From Candidatus Woesebacteria bacterium (GTDB lineage: Bacteria; Patescibacteriota; Microgenomatia; UBA8517): a DNA stretch of 64,000 nt. The stretch is taken from positions 112,387 to 176,386 of the forward strand of contig DMZH01000003.1 in NCBI GenBank assembly GCA_003484955.1, given 5' to 3'. Both the position numbers and the translations under genes were made by a program. Under the pieces are notes generated by a model. The model made no database searches. It had not been told where the DNA came from and saw only the letters and a list, made by a program, of their open reading frames with translations. Shown here one piece after another: positions 1 through 9,613 of the stretch; position 1 is the first letter of the stretch; every line of letters starts with the position of its first letter.

Positions 1-29
1 ATGGATGAGACTTTCATTTAGTTTCAGGT

Positions 30-914
30 TTATGACCTAATAAGTTTTCTAAAACGGTAAAACTCCATGACCCTAAGACCGGTGTATTTCCCGAGGATCA
101 AGTCGGCGAGAGCAACCAAGAAAAGGGATGCTTCGGGGTTTAGAAGTACATATTGCCTTAAAGGTTGGAGAGTTAAAAATAGATAAGAAATTATGGATAA
201 TATTAATGTCTCAAAAGTCAGGCTGACGGCTGTTTTAGCACTTTTCCCAAGTTGAACTCTACTGAAATCTTCTGCCAGAAGAATCAAGACAAGTACCGCA
301 AATATCGAAACGTTGGCAAGAGCAGAGAAATTAAGCAGAGGGGCCATAAAAAGAACACCTAAAACTCCAAGCACAACCGCCCAAAGAATAAAAGACATTC
401 TGGGAAGATATTGAAGTTTAAGCTTAAGTTTACGAAGAACCAAACGAACAACTGTCGACACGGTAACAATAACTAAGAAAAGGCCTATTCCCACAATGGG
501 TCCCGTTGCTACAAAAACCACCGACAAAGCTGCAGGAAGAAAAATTCCAAATCCCCTAATTCCCACAACGTTGCGCGAAAAAGCTATAACAAAGGTTACT
601 ATTGGCAAAAGGAGAAGTAAAACCAAAGTATTTGCGGGGACACCCGAGGCGACTGCTCCACGAATGGCATGTTTGATAGGATTAAACGGCCAGGCTGAGC
701 CAAGTCTCTGATTTTCCAACAGCATTTCCAAAGGGCCAAGTGATTCAGAACTTTTTTGGGTAATATCAACTGGAGGCGCGACAGGAGTTGGTTCTAATGT
801 TGCGATCGGTGTGGGAGAAAGTATAGGACTGGGAGTCACAGCCACCACAGGCAACGAGCCCGATGCGGCCAATACCAAGACTATAGCAAATAGCAAACCA
901 ATTAGTTTTCGCAT
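30..914 (-). CDS. Polytopic integral membrane protein, function unknown. It has an N-terminal signal/TM, a Pro/Thr-rich linker, then about 7 TM helices.
   Basis: The six-frame ORF is 30..953. The likely start is the internal Met (MRKLIGLLFAIVLVLA) at 914. Hydrophobic helices run throughout and there is no recognisable catalytic motif. Confidence 0.5.
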   Translation of the reverse strand: MRKLIGLLFAIVLVLAASGSLPVVAVTPSPILSPTPIATLEPTPVAPPVDITQKSSESLGPLEMLLENQRLGSAWPFNPIKHAIRGAVASGVPANTLVLLLLLPIVTFVIAFSRNVVGIRGFGIFLPAALSVVFVATGPIVGIGLFLVIVTVSTVVRLVLRKLKLKLQYLPRMSFILWAVVLGVLGVLFMAPLLNFSALANVSIFAVLVLILLAEDFSRVQLGKSAKTAVSLTFETLILSIISYLFLTLQPLRQYVLLNPEASLFLVALADLILGKYTGLRVMEFYRFRKLIRS

Positions 915-1146
915 GGAAGTAAACTTTTTGAAAGTATGTATATTGTAGCACAAACTGACTTAAAAATCTCTATGCACAAGGCTAAGTCTTTGGTATACAT
1001 AAAGTACTTCTTGAATATAGGCTACGCACAGGCATATAATTAAGTTTCGCCGCAATCTCACTCCGCAAGGAGTGTTTTTGGCGTTCAATCCCCCTTCGCG
1101 AAACATGTTCGCTTCGGCGGGATTTCGCCCCTAGACCCACGAGGTC

Positions 1147-2910
1147 ATGGACCATTCGAGAAATTGTAGGCTCAAAAATATGTGGAAAACATTTAAGACA
1201 TTTTACGGTTTTATACTAAAGCGTCGCCTGGTTTTTGCCGGGTTTGTTTTGTTGATTTTACTCTCAGCTATTGTCAATTCAATTATCCCCTACTTTTATA
1301 AGATATTTGTAGACGCAATCCCTTCACTTGATACGGGAAGGCTCCTTTCTATTGTATATATTTATGTTGGTGTTGCTGGGGCTGGGCTTATTGTCGATAT
1401 TTTTAGTTATTTTGTTGGAGATATTATTCTTTTTAGAGCATCTGCCGATGCCAGAAAAAAAGTTTTTAAACACGTACTAGATCTTGATTTTCTTTTCCAC
1501 TCCAATAAAAGTACAGGAAGCCTGATTTCAGCTTTCAAACGAGGTGATGGTGCCTTTTTTGAGTTATTCCATGTAATACACCATAGAATTTTTGGGGTAT
1601 TTGTAGGATTTGGAGTTATGGTTTATTTCTTCACCAGACTTAGTCCAATGATAGGAATTATTACGGCGGTAACGATGACTGCCACGCTAATTGTAGCCAG
1701 ATTCCTTATCAAATATAACGTAAAAAAGAGGGGTGAATTCAATAAAGAAGAGGACAAGATCTCAGGGATTATTGGAGACAACATGATAAATTACGAAACT
1801 GTTAAGCTTTTTGCTCAGGAAAAACGTGAGGAGGCAAGGCTTTCTACAGCTTTTGTAACCTGGACCAAGGCTCTTTGGGGGTATGGAAATTCATTTAGGC
1901 TTGTTGATATTTCTGTCGGAGCACTAATTAACATAAGTATGTTTTCAATTCTATTTATTACGGCCAAATCTGCCGGTGGGGGGCACTTAAGCGTTGGGGA
2001 TTTTGTACTAATTGCATCATTCACCTCGTCACTATTCCCCCGACTTTGGGATTTGGTCTGGGGGTCCCGTGATCTAGCTAAAGCTTATTCGGATATTCAA
2101 ACATACTTTGGTCTTCTAGATAATGAGATTGAGGTAAAAGATTCCGAAAAACCAATTGATGTTGGCCATGTTTACGGAGAAATTGAACTTAATGACGTTA
2201 AATTCTCATACAAAAACAGAACAAAAAACGCCATTGACGGATTCAATCTTAAAATAGAACAAGGGCAATCGGTGGCCTTCGTCGGCAAGAGCGGATCAGG
2301 AAAGACAACTCTCGCAAAGCTACTTATGAGATTCTATGACATTAATTCAGGTGAGATTTTGATTGATGGAATAAATATTAAAGATTTTAGAAAAAGCACA
2401 TTAAGAGGGTTTATTGGCATGGTTCCTCAAGAACCAATTCTTTTTAACAATACAGTTTCATATAACATTGCCTATGGTTTTCCTAAAGCTAAGCTTTCAG
2501 AGGTAAAGACAGCGGCACGCTTGGCTAATATCGATGATTTTATTCAGAGTCTTCCCGAGAAATATAATACTGAAGTCGGCGAGCGCGGAGTTAAGCTCTC
2601 CGGAGGTCAAAAACAGAGATTGGCAATCGCAAGAATGATCCTAAGTGACCCTGATATTGTTGTTTTTGACGAGGCTACAAGTCAGCTTGATAGCGAATCC
2701 GAAAAGCTGATTCAGGATGCTTTCTGGAAGGCTCGTGCCGGAAAAACTACTATAATTGTCGCCCATAGGCTCTCAACTATTATGAGAGCAGATAAAATTG
2801 TGGTTATGGAACACGGCCAAATAAAAGAAACCGGAACTCACGAGAGTTTGTTAAACCAAAAAGACAGTCTCTACTCTCACTTCTGGAATCTACAAATAAA
2901 GCTCGACTAG
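1147..2910 (+). CDS. ABC transporter, fused permease/ATP-binding exporter (MsbA/ABCB-like).
   Basis: N-terminal 6-TM region, then Walker A (GKSGSGKTT), ABC signature (LSGGQKQR) and Walker B (IVVFDEATSQLD). An alternative start is Met12 at about 1180. Confidence 0.9.
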   Translation: MDHSRNCRLKNMWKTFKTFYGFILKRRLVFAGFVLLILLSAIVNSIIPYFYKIFVDAIPSLDTGRLLSIVYIYVGVAGAGLIVDIFSYFVGDIILFRASADARKKVFKHVLDLDFLFHSNKSTGSLISAFKRGDGAFFELFHVIHHRIFGVFVGFGVMVYFFTRLSPMIGIITAVTMTATLIVARFLIKYNVKKRGEFNKEEDKISGIIGDNMINYETVKLFAQEKREEARLSTAFVTWTKALWGYGNSFRLVDISVGALINISMFSILFITAKSAGGGHLSVGDFVLIASFTSSLFPRLWDLVWGSRDLAKAYSDIQTYFGLLDNEIEVKDSEKPIDVGHVYGEIELNDVKFSYKNRTKNAIDGFNLKIEQGQSVAFVGKSGSGKTTLAKLLMRFYDINSGEILIDGINIKDFRKSTLRGFIGMVPQEPILFNNTVSYNIAYGFPKAKLSEVKTAARLANIDDFIQSLPEKYNTEVGERGVKLSGGQKQRLAIARMILSDPDIVVFDEATSQLDSESEKLIQDAFWKARAGKTTIIVAHRLSTIMRADKIVVMEHGQIKETGTHESLLNQKDSLYSHFWNLQIKLD

Positions 2911-2968
2911 CTCGCTTTCATACCCTTCTTTCTAAGAGTTTGTGTAAACTTAATTAAAGGTGAAGTTC

Positions 2969-3187
2969 TTATTCTTCTTTGGACTGCATCCCTAGTAACC
3001 AAAGTACGGCTTCTTTTTTATAACGCCTGTCTCCCCTGGAGTTAATACGGATAGCGGGAAGTTTGCCTCTTTTTCCCCAGCGCTTGATCGTTAAAGGAGA
3101 GACTCTGAGAAGTTCACTAACTTCTCTCACTGTAAGTAAATCCGGAAGATCTTCCAACCTGATTTTCTTTTTAGTATTTTGATCCAT
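2969..3187 (-). CDS. Small HTH DNA-binding protein, excisionase/MerR-type (HTH_17-like).
   Basis: 72 aa. The motif LTVREVSELLRVSPLTIKRWGKRGKLPAIRI is typical of excisionase-family HTH proteins. Confidence 0.55.
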   Translation of the reverse strand: MDQNTKKKIRLEDLPDLLTVREVSELLRVSPLTIKRWGKRGKLPAIRINSRGDRRYKKEAVLWLLGMQSKEE

Positions 3188-3274
3188 TTTTATACGGTCA
3201 CCTGCCTAACACCTATCTATCTTAGTCAGAAGATAACAAAGTAGTTCAACAGTGTCAATAGTCAATTAATAGAA

Positions 3275-3439
3275 TTGAGGGCAAAGAAGAAACTGACTCA
3301 AAAGGCTCTGGCCAAAAAGCTTGGAACAAAACAATCTGCAATTGCCAGGCTTGAATCCGGGCGCGCCAATCCCACTTTGGAATTCATGCAGAAAACTGCT
3401 GAGGCGTTGGATAAAAAACTCGTTATTAGTTTTGAATGA
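3275..3439 (+). CDS. Small XRE-family HTH transcriptional regulator. No ATG; a TTG start is possible.
   Basis: Manual translation of this frame gives (I)ELRAKKKLTQKALAKKLGTKQSAIARLESGRANPTLEFMQKTAEALDKKLVISFE*, a classic Cro/C1-type HTH. It is absent from the ORF track because it is under 60 aa and lacks an ATG. Confidence 0.4.
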   Translation: MRAKKKLTQKALAKKLGTKQSAIARLESGRANPTLEFMQKTAEALDKKLVISFE

Positions 3440-3469
3440 TTACTTCCCCGCTACGAAAAATTTAGAATT

Positions 3470-4747
3470 TTATGCTACCCTTTCTTTAAGTGCTGAGTAA
3501 TACTTTTGGAGATAATCTTCTGCCCTCTCCCAATGTACTTCTCCCATTCCAGCAAGAGCTAAATTCTTCTCAACCCCGGCCAAAACTCTTAAATGAGCCG
3601 CTTTGGTAGCCTGGAGAAATGAAATTCTGTAAACTTCAGCAAGATGTTTACAGGCGATGTCTTCAGCCTCAGATGCTGAGGCCATACTGTCTTTTTTGAA
3701 CATTTTTCTGTTAAAATCCACCTCCATGGAGGCGACTATTTTAGGCTCAAAAGCTAGTTTTATTTCCCCTTTTATGAGTTTGTAGAATTTTTTCATTTTT
3801 TCTTCAGCTTTCTCCCACTTTTCGTCCCTTTCCTCAATAATTGCCTCAACAAAATATTTAGCCGCCTCTTTGGCTAGCTCTTTGGAAAGACTATATTGCT
3901 CTTTAAGATGTTTCATTGCATAGTCCCTGAGTCTTACACCCTCAGGAATCTTGGAAAGCCTCCACCAGGAAAGCTCAAGTCTAGCTGTAATTTTAGGATC
4001 AAAGGTAAGATGTTCGACCTTGTCATTTCCCCCAAACCTGCGTCTACGCCTTGAGTAATCAAGAATAATATCTGCAAGTTTTCTGGGGGTCATATCGGGA
4101 AGATTGGATAGCTCCCAATAATACTCCGCATAATTTAACTGCCATGGTAAAAATCCGGAAGTCCTCTGTTCTCCTGAAGTTCTCAAAAACAGATCAATAT
4201 AAGGATAAGGCTGGTCTTTTGTATCAAGGTATGATGTAAAAAGCTTTTCATTAATCTTTTTTGAAGGAATTTTGTCATCCACAATTTTTCTGACAGCACG
4301 CAAGATTTCATCATGCCCGCCATAATCCAAGGCTACGTTAAAAACATGGCTTTTGTTATTTTTGGTTTTTTCCTCAACTTCCCTGATATAGTCAACAAGT
4401 TCCGACGGCAGCCTATCCTCACGGCCCAAGTGAATAAAACGGATATCATCCTCCATTGCTTCTTTTTCAACTACGCTAACCATTTTCCTAAATAGTTTAA
4501 AAAGATATGAAATTTCATCGGGAGATCTGTCCCAATTTTCGGTAGAAAAACCCCAAACGGTAAAAGTATGAACCCCCCAACCCCTGGAAGCTTTAGCTAT
4601 TTTCATACCGGCTTCAAAACCTGCTTTGTGACCCGAAAGAGTCGGGAGACCTCTTGCTCTAGCCCAGCGGCGGTTACCATCAAGAATTATCGCAATGTGG
4701 TTGGGAACAATAGTCCCCTTTGGAAGTGTAATTTTATCCTCGGACAT
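3470..4747 (-). CDS. uppS: Undecaprenyl-diphosphate synthase (cis-prenyltransferase) with an unusual C-terminal helical extension of about 185 aa.
   Basis: N-terminal IAIILDGNRRWA...GHKAG... matches the cis-IPPS fold. The protein is 425 aa against a typical 250 aa or so. The extra C-terminal region is rich in K/E/A and has no recognisable motif. Confidence 0.8.
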   Translation of the reverse strand: MSEDKITLPKGTIVPNHIAIILDGNRRWARARGLPTLSGHKAGFEAGMKIAKASRGWGVHTFTVWGFSTENWDRSPDEISYLFKLFRKMVSVVEKEAMEDDIRFIHLGREDRLPSELVDYIREVEEKTKNNKSHVFNVALDYGGHDEILRAVRKIVDDKIPSKKINEKLFTSYLDTKDQPYPYIDLFLRTSGEQRTSGFLPWQLNYAEYYWELSNLPDMTPRKLADIILDYSRRRRRFGGNDKVEHLTFDPKITARLELSWWRLSKIPEGVRLRDYAMKHLKEQYSLSKELAKEAAKYFVEAIIEERDEKWEKAEEKMKKFYKLIKGEIKLAFEPKIVASMEVDFNRKMFKKDSMASASEAEDIACKHLAEVYRISFLQATKAAHLRVLAGVEKNLALAGMGEVHWERAEDYLQKYYSALKERVA

Positions 4748-4755
4748 AACAAGTA

Positions 4756-5277
4756 TTATACATTAATCATCTTCAAAATAATCTTAAACCAAGGAGTGTG
4801 TTTTTTAGGATCCTTTACCACGTCTTTTTTTAGTTTCCTTATTTCGACCCACTTATAACTTTCAATTTCATCAGGATTTGGTTTAATCGGTCCTTCATGG
4901 CTTCCGCTAAATACATGGTCAAGTTCATGTTCTCCCCAATCCCCACTCTCCATTTTAGCTTTGTAGATGAAGGAGAATACTTCTTTAAGCGGGGTTTTGA
5001 AGCCAAGTTCCTCATAAATCCTTCTTTCAGCTGCTTTTTGGTAGGTTTCTTTTGGATATGGATGTGTGCAAACCGCATTGCTCCAACTTCCACCCCAAGT
5101 TGGTTTTGAGGCAGCCCTTTTGGTTATGAGCATTTTAGTTCTGTCTTTGTCGAATACTACTATTGATATAGCCCTGTGAAGCGGAACCGGAATCTTGTGA
5201 GCAGCAAATTTTTCCTTAAAACCCAAAACATTATCTTTTTCGTCAACCAAAACAATAGGTTTTGCTGTTTTTCTCAT
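4756..5277 (-). CDS. idi: Isopentenyl-diphosphate delta-isomerase, type 1 (Nudix family).
   Basis: HRAISIVVFD...ITKRAASKPTWGGSWSNAVCTHPYPKETYQKAAERRIYEELG is an IDI-1 signature. Size is 173 aa. Confidence 0.8.
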   Translation of the reverse strand: MRKTAKPIVLVDEKDNVLGFKEKFAAHKIPVPLHRAISIVVFDKDRTKMLITKRAASKPTWGGSWSNAVCTHPYPKETYQKAAERRIYEELGFKTPLKEVFSFIYKAKMESGDWGEHELDHVFSGSHEGPIKPNPDEIESYKWVEIRKLKKDVVKDPKKHTPWFKIILKMINV

Positions 5278-6242
5278 TTAAGAATGTGTGTCCCTTCTGA
5301 GGCCTTGTTTACAATAACTTTTTTGACTCCCGGAATTTTTTTAAGCTTTATTCTGACCTTCTTGACGTCCTTGGACAGGCAAATGATATGCACATTGGGG
5401 CCTGCATCAATCGTAAAATAAGTTTCTAGGTCCTCCTCCCGCCAGGTAATAACAGATTGCATGATTTCTAAAGTTTTAGGTAACCAATAAAATAGTGGAG
5501 GTTTACTTGTCATCATTACTGTGTGCATATTTATAGCCTCCTCCTCTAGAATCCTGCCAAACTTTGTAAAATCCTTATTTTTCAGAGCCGATTTAATCTC
5601 TTTGACTTTTTTATTCATTCCCAAAATCCTTGCTTTATAAAAAGGACTACTGAAAGCCTTCGTATGTCCCTCGGTTGAACTAACTTTTTTGGCTTTTTCC
5701 CCTACTACCACAATTGTGTCGCAGATATCCCAATATCCCGGAGCTTGTAGCGAATAAGCATATGAATCACCACTTTTGACACCCGTCTTCCATTCAACAA
5801 AGCCATCAGGAATGGAACGGCAAGCAGAACCAGAACCAAGTCTTGCCAAAACTGAAAGCTCTTTTTCCGAAAGATTAAGACCAGCAGCCTTTGTGCCCGC
5901 GACAGTCAAAGCAGCAAAACCTGAAGCAGAAGACGCCATTCCTGCACCTTTCGGAAAATTATTCTTACTGACAACCTCCGCAAATGTATCAATTCCTGCC
6001 ATTTTTCTAATAAGATTGAGGTGATCAACAATTCTTTCTTTCTCATTGCCTTCAACACTTTTACCATCAATTACTATCAAGTCTTTACTTAACTTATTGT
6101 CAAACTCCACAAATGTTTCCGTATAAGCCTCTGAAAGGTTCATGGAAATGGAGGTATTGGCCGGAATTCTTAACTTTTCGTTTTTTTTACCCCAATACTT
6201 AATAAAGGCAATGTTTGATGGCGCGCGTGCTTTAACTTTCAT
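5274..6242 (-). CDS. mvaD: Diphosphomevalonate (or phosphomevalonate) decarboxylase, GHMP family.
   Basis: ARAPSNIAFIKYWGKKN...GAGMASSASGFAALT... matches the MDD family. There is a 4-bp overlap with the neighbouring genes. Confidence 0.8.
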   Translation of the reverse strand: MKVKARAPSNIAFIKYWGKKNEKLRIPANTSISMNLSEAYTETFVEFDNKLSKDLIVIDGKSVEGNEKERIVDHLNLIRKMAGIDTFAEVVSKNNFPKGAGMASSASGFAALTVAGTKAAGLNLSEKELSVLARLGSGSACRSIPDGFVEWKTGVKSGDSYAYSLQAPGYWDICDTIVVVGEKAKKVSSTEGHTKAFSSPFYKARILGMNKKVKEIKSALKNKDFTKFGRILEEEAINMHTVMMTSKPPLFYWLPKTLEIMQSVITWREEDLETYFTIDAGPNVHIICLSKDVKKVRIKLKKIPGVKKVIVNKASEGTHILK

Positions 6243-7213
6243 TTTTCTATTCTAACTCCTTCCGCATTAAATTTAACATCAAGAACTACTCCACCAGATT
6301 TTTCAATAGCCTTTTTAACTTTTGCAGTTTTTGATTTATCTGCCAAGGCGATCATACAGTCTCCTCCGCCGGCACCGGATAATTTGGCTCCGAAAGCCCC
6401 AGTCTGCCTTGCCGAACCGATGAGATTATCTAGTTCAGGAGTGCTCACAGATAACTTATATAAAAGTTTTTGATTTTCGTCCATAAGTTCGCCCAATTTT
6501 GGATAATCCGTATTTTCCAAGGCTATTTTGGCAGCTCTCACAAGCTTTTCTATTGAATCAAAAATCTCGTCAACTTTTTTCTTATTGTTTTTATGAAGCC
6601 CAGCTACCTTTCTGACCAGAGTCGCAGTATCTGCTTTAATGCCTGTATACCCAACAACAAGCGGCAATTCCTTTGTTTTGAGAGGCAATATTTTCTTTCC
6701 CCCACCAACAAAATATATCGTACCGCCCCAAATGGCTGCCGCTAAATCAAATCCCGATCCCACCCCCTGAACTTCCAAAACAGTTTTATAACATATATCA
6801 AACAGTAATTTATTGCCTACTTCTATGTCAAAAATCTCTGATAATGCTTTAATCGTGGAGACGGTCACTGCTGAAGAACTTCCGAATCCGAACAAACTTG
6901 AGAACCCACTTTTTGTTTCCAGGTTAAGCCCACTTTTTACTTGGTATTTTTTGAAAAAGTTCTCAACAGCTTTTAAAACAAATTTAATCTCCTTCGGATA
7001 CTCGATTTTTCCTAAGTCGGATATCTTGAGAGAATAATCCTTTACTTTGACCTCAGGAGCATTAACAGTTATTGAACTTCCGCCAATTTTTTCAACCCGG
7101 ACGCGTATTCTTTGGTCAACTGCAGTAACGATGCAGGGCTTTCCATAGATAACTGCGTGTTCACCAAAAAGCATCAATTTGCCCGGTGCCGAAACTGTAA
7201 TTTTATTTTTCAA
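6239..7213 (-). CDS. mvk: Mevalonate kinase family GHMP kinase (MVK, or PMK-like paralogue).
   Basis: SAPGKLMLFGEHAVIYG at the N-terminus, a GFGSSSA P-loop-like motif and C-terminal SGAGGGDCMIAL. Confidence 0.7.
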   Translation of the reverse strand: MKNKITVSAPGKLMLFGEHAVIYGKPCIVTAVDQRIRVRVEKIGGSSITVNAPEVKVKDYSLKISDLGKIEYPKEIKFVLKAVENFFKKYQVKSGLNLETKSGFSSLFGFGSSSAVTVSTIKALSEIFDIEVGNKLLFDICYKTVLEVQGVGSGFDLAAAIWGGTIYFVGGGKKILPLKTKELPLVVGYTGIKADTATLVRKVAGLHKNNKKKVDEIFDSIEKLVRAAKIALENTDYPKLGELMDENQKLLYKLSVSTPELDNLIGSARQTGAFGAKLSGAGGGDCMIALADKSKTAKVKKAIEKSGGVVLDVKFNAEGVRIEK

Positions 7214-8027
7214 TTCTTACACCCTCCTCTCCAATTTTAACCGAAAAAAGATCTAATTTATTGTCTTTTGCAAATTTTAATAATTTATCGGAGTCATTAT
7301 GATAAACAATAACCATACCGGAGCTTTCTTTTTTACCACCCGCACCTGTTATTTTTGCAGCACCTCCGATTTTTTCAATTTTACGAATTATATTTTTAGT
7401 TGTCGGGGAAACTACATCCAGTTTTTCCAATAGTTCTTCATTATATTTAACCAATTCATCGAAATCGGAATTACTATCATTTAACAGCAGGCCTAGAAAC
7501 TCTTTTGTTATCTTTTCAATCCCTCTAAATACTGTATCAAAATACGATTTTCTACCTCGATAGAGATCAGAAACATGGGTCACCATTTCCTTGGTTGATT
7601 CCACAGGTTTACCGGTATTAAGAAGGTATATTTTGGGAAACTTTGTTTTCGGAACTATAACTTTAAATGTTTTGAGATTCTCACTTTCTTTTCGATACCA
7701 TAGAAAGCCACCGTAAGTACAAATAGTGTTATCAACGCCACTCGGACTGCCGTGATGCTTTTTTTCCAATTTATAGGCTAACTCATTTATTTTCGGGAGA
7801 TCTATCTTTTTTATTCTTAAAGCTGACGTGGCAACGGCGAATGCCGCAGAAGAACCCATTCCCGCCCCTATCGGAATATCAGAGGTTATTTTGTCGTCTT
7901 TTCCAGATCCTTCAATAGACAGCCGTCTATCTATTGCCGTAACCAAGGCCGGATAGCCGTAGACAACTGCATGTTCCCCCGAAATTATTAATTTACCCGG
8001 CGCCGAAAACTTAAGTTTTGCTCTCAT
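7203..8027 (-). CDS. Second MVK-like GHMP kinase, a putative phosphomevalonate kinase substitute. It is short at 274 aa.
   Basis: SAPGKLIISGEHAVVYG, GAGMGSSAA and a degenerate C-terminal TGAGG motif. It sits in tandem with mvk. Confidence 0.55.
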   Translation of the reverse strand: MRAKLKFSAPGKLIISGEHAVVYGYPALVTAIDRRLSIEGSGKDDKITSDIPIGAGMGSSAAFAVATSALRIKKIDLPKINELAYKLEKKHHGSPSGVDNTICTYGGFLWYRKESENLKTFKVIVPKTKFPKIYLLNTGKPVESTKEMVTHVSDLYRGRKSYFDTVFRGIEKITKEFLGLLLNDSNSDFDELVKYNEELLEKLDVVSPTTKNIIRKIEKIGGAAKITGAGGKKESSGMVIVYHNDSDKLLKFAKDNKLDLFSVKIGEEGVRIEK

Positions 8028-8193
8028 TGATTTTTTCTAAAAGTAAATCTAAGACTTGGTTTTCCAAAACAACGGAACCCGTTGCAACCATTTCCCAATA
8101 CTCTCTACCCTCTTTTGTGTCCGGTTGCAAAGCTTCCGGCGGAACCATACTAGGCTCCTTATCGGTACCAATATTGACAAATTCTGTGCTCAT
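8011..8193 (-). CDS. Small hypothetical protein (60 aa) at the head of the mevalonate operon.
   Basis: The ORF overlaps the start of the downstream GHMP kinase gene by 17 bp, suggesting translational coupling. No motif was found. It could be spurious. Confidence 0.25.
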   Translation of the reverse strand: MSTEFVNIGTDKEPSMVPPEALQPDTKEGREYWEMVATGSVVLENQVLDLLLEKINESKT

Positions 8194-8283
8194 AAATTAA
8201 TCACCTCCCAGGTTTTTGTATTTTACACCAAAAACACACTTTAAGTAGAAATTACAAAATGATACACTCTATTAGTCTTATAA

Positions 8284-8838
8284 ATGCCAAAAAATACTCA
8301 AAAGGGCCCTGGTAAATCTTTCACCATTGCCCCATTTGAAAAAATTTACAAAGAATTTGCCTTGCCTTTGACTAAGTTTGTAATGAAAAGGATGGGGGCC
8401 AACGAAAGACAGGTTGAGGAAGTGGTGGAAGAAACGGTTGTGGCGGCGTGGAAAGGTTGGAATACCTTTAGGCACAAAAGTAGTTATTTTACCTGGCTTT
8501 GCAGGATCGCCTTAAATAAAATTGCCGATTATTACCATGACCAAATCAACCATAATTCAAAACTAATTGTTCCTTTCATCGAAGCTTTGACTGATACAGA
8601 CAACAGATCCCTGTCCCCCGAAGAATCTTTGGCACTTAAAGAACTGAGAAAATCCGTCAACAGTTGTTTGGATCTGATGTCTCCCGAAAAGCGTAAACTT
8701 CTGCAATTCAGGTACTGGTATGACCTTTCCTACACTGAAATAAGTAAAATCTTGGGTATCTCCGAGCGTGCAGTTGAGGGACAAATCTATAGGGCCAAGA
8801 CTGAGTTTGCAAAAGTGTGGACTAATAATTCTAAGTAA
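8284..8838 (+). CDS. RNA polymerase sigma-70 factor, ECF subfamily.
   Basis: Region 2 (FTWLCRIALNKIADYY) and region 4 HTH (LSYTEISKILGISERAVEGQIYRAK). It is divergent from the mevalonate operon. Confidence 0.8.
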   Translation: MPKNTQKGPGKSFTIAPFEKIYKEFALPLTKFVMKRMGANERQVEEVVEETVVAAWKGWNTFRHKSSYFTWLCRIALNKIADYYHDQINHNSKLIVPFIEALTDTDNRSLSPEESLALKELRKSVNSCLDLMSPEKRKLLQFRYWYDLSYTEISKILGISERAVEGQIYRAKTEFAKVWTNNSK

Positions 8839-9613
8839 ATAATTTGTAGACAAAGACTCTCCAAGGAAAAATTACCACCGCATTAATTACACGCGCCACT
8901 CTCCTGGGCTCACTAATGAGCCTCCAAAGCCACTCAAGACCAAATTGAACCATCCATTTTGGCGGGAGTGGAGAAAGACCTCCAACATAACGGAAAGCCC
9001 CTCCTACGGCCATTGCGCCGCCAATACTCAGCTTTGAAAGGTTCCCATGAATCCAAATCTCCTGCTTGGGATTACCAAAGGCTACAAAAAGAAACTGAGG
9101 TTTGAATTCATTAATCCGAACAATTACTTCAGCTTCTATTTTTTTATCAATATCAGATATAGCTTTTGCGTCATTATCGAGTCTGGGCCCTTTATTGTAT
9201 TCAATTTTGAGGTTTGGGTCTTGAAGTTTGAGTTTTGAGGCTGCACGGGCAGCTTCATCATTAATTCCGCCCAGTAAAAATATTTTCCAGTTTTTCTTTT
9301 CGGCAAGTCTAATAAGTTCCATAAACAGTTCCCTGCCTTTAATAATTTCTAATTTAGGATCGGCCAATTTAAGACCTATTCCGTCCGGAATTGACAGGTT
9401 GGCCGAGTTAAGCGCAATTTTTAGTTTTTTATTCCTCTGAGCCATCAAAATGAGCTCAGGATTGGGTGTAACTATATAGAACCTATCATTATGGGATATT
9501 AAGTTCTCCACTCGTGCTAGCACTGAGGAAGTTGTTGTGCTATTTACATTAATTTCCATGATTTTGCCGGTTTCACGGACTTCTTTGGTCATTGTTATAG
9601 TATCTTTTAACAT
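8831..9613 (-). CDS. WecB/TagA/CpsF-family glycosyltransferase (N-acetylmannosaminyltransferase-like).
   Basis: FLLGG...FGNPKQEIWI...VGGAFRYV...EWLWRLISEPRR are family hallmarks. Confidence 0.75.
   Translation of the reverse strand: MLKDTITMTKEVRETGKIMEINVNSTTTSSVLARVENLISHNDRFYIVTPNPELILMAQRNKKLKIALNSANLSIPDGIGLKLADPKLEIIKGRELFMELIRLAEKKNWKIFLLGGINDEAARAASKLKLQDPNLKIEYNKGPRLDNDAKAISDIDKKIEAEVIVRINEFKPQFLFVAFGNPKQEIWIHGNLSKLSIGGAMAVGGAFRYVGGLSPLPPKWMVQFGLEWLWRLISEPRRVARVINAVVIFPWRVFVYKLFT

Noticed and set aside
496-951. ORFs 496..711 (+) and 766..951 (-) overlapping the first membrane-protein gene.
   Set aside because: They are fully embedded in or antisense to a longer, better-supported ORF, and their translations lack motifs.
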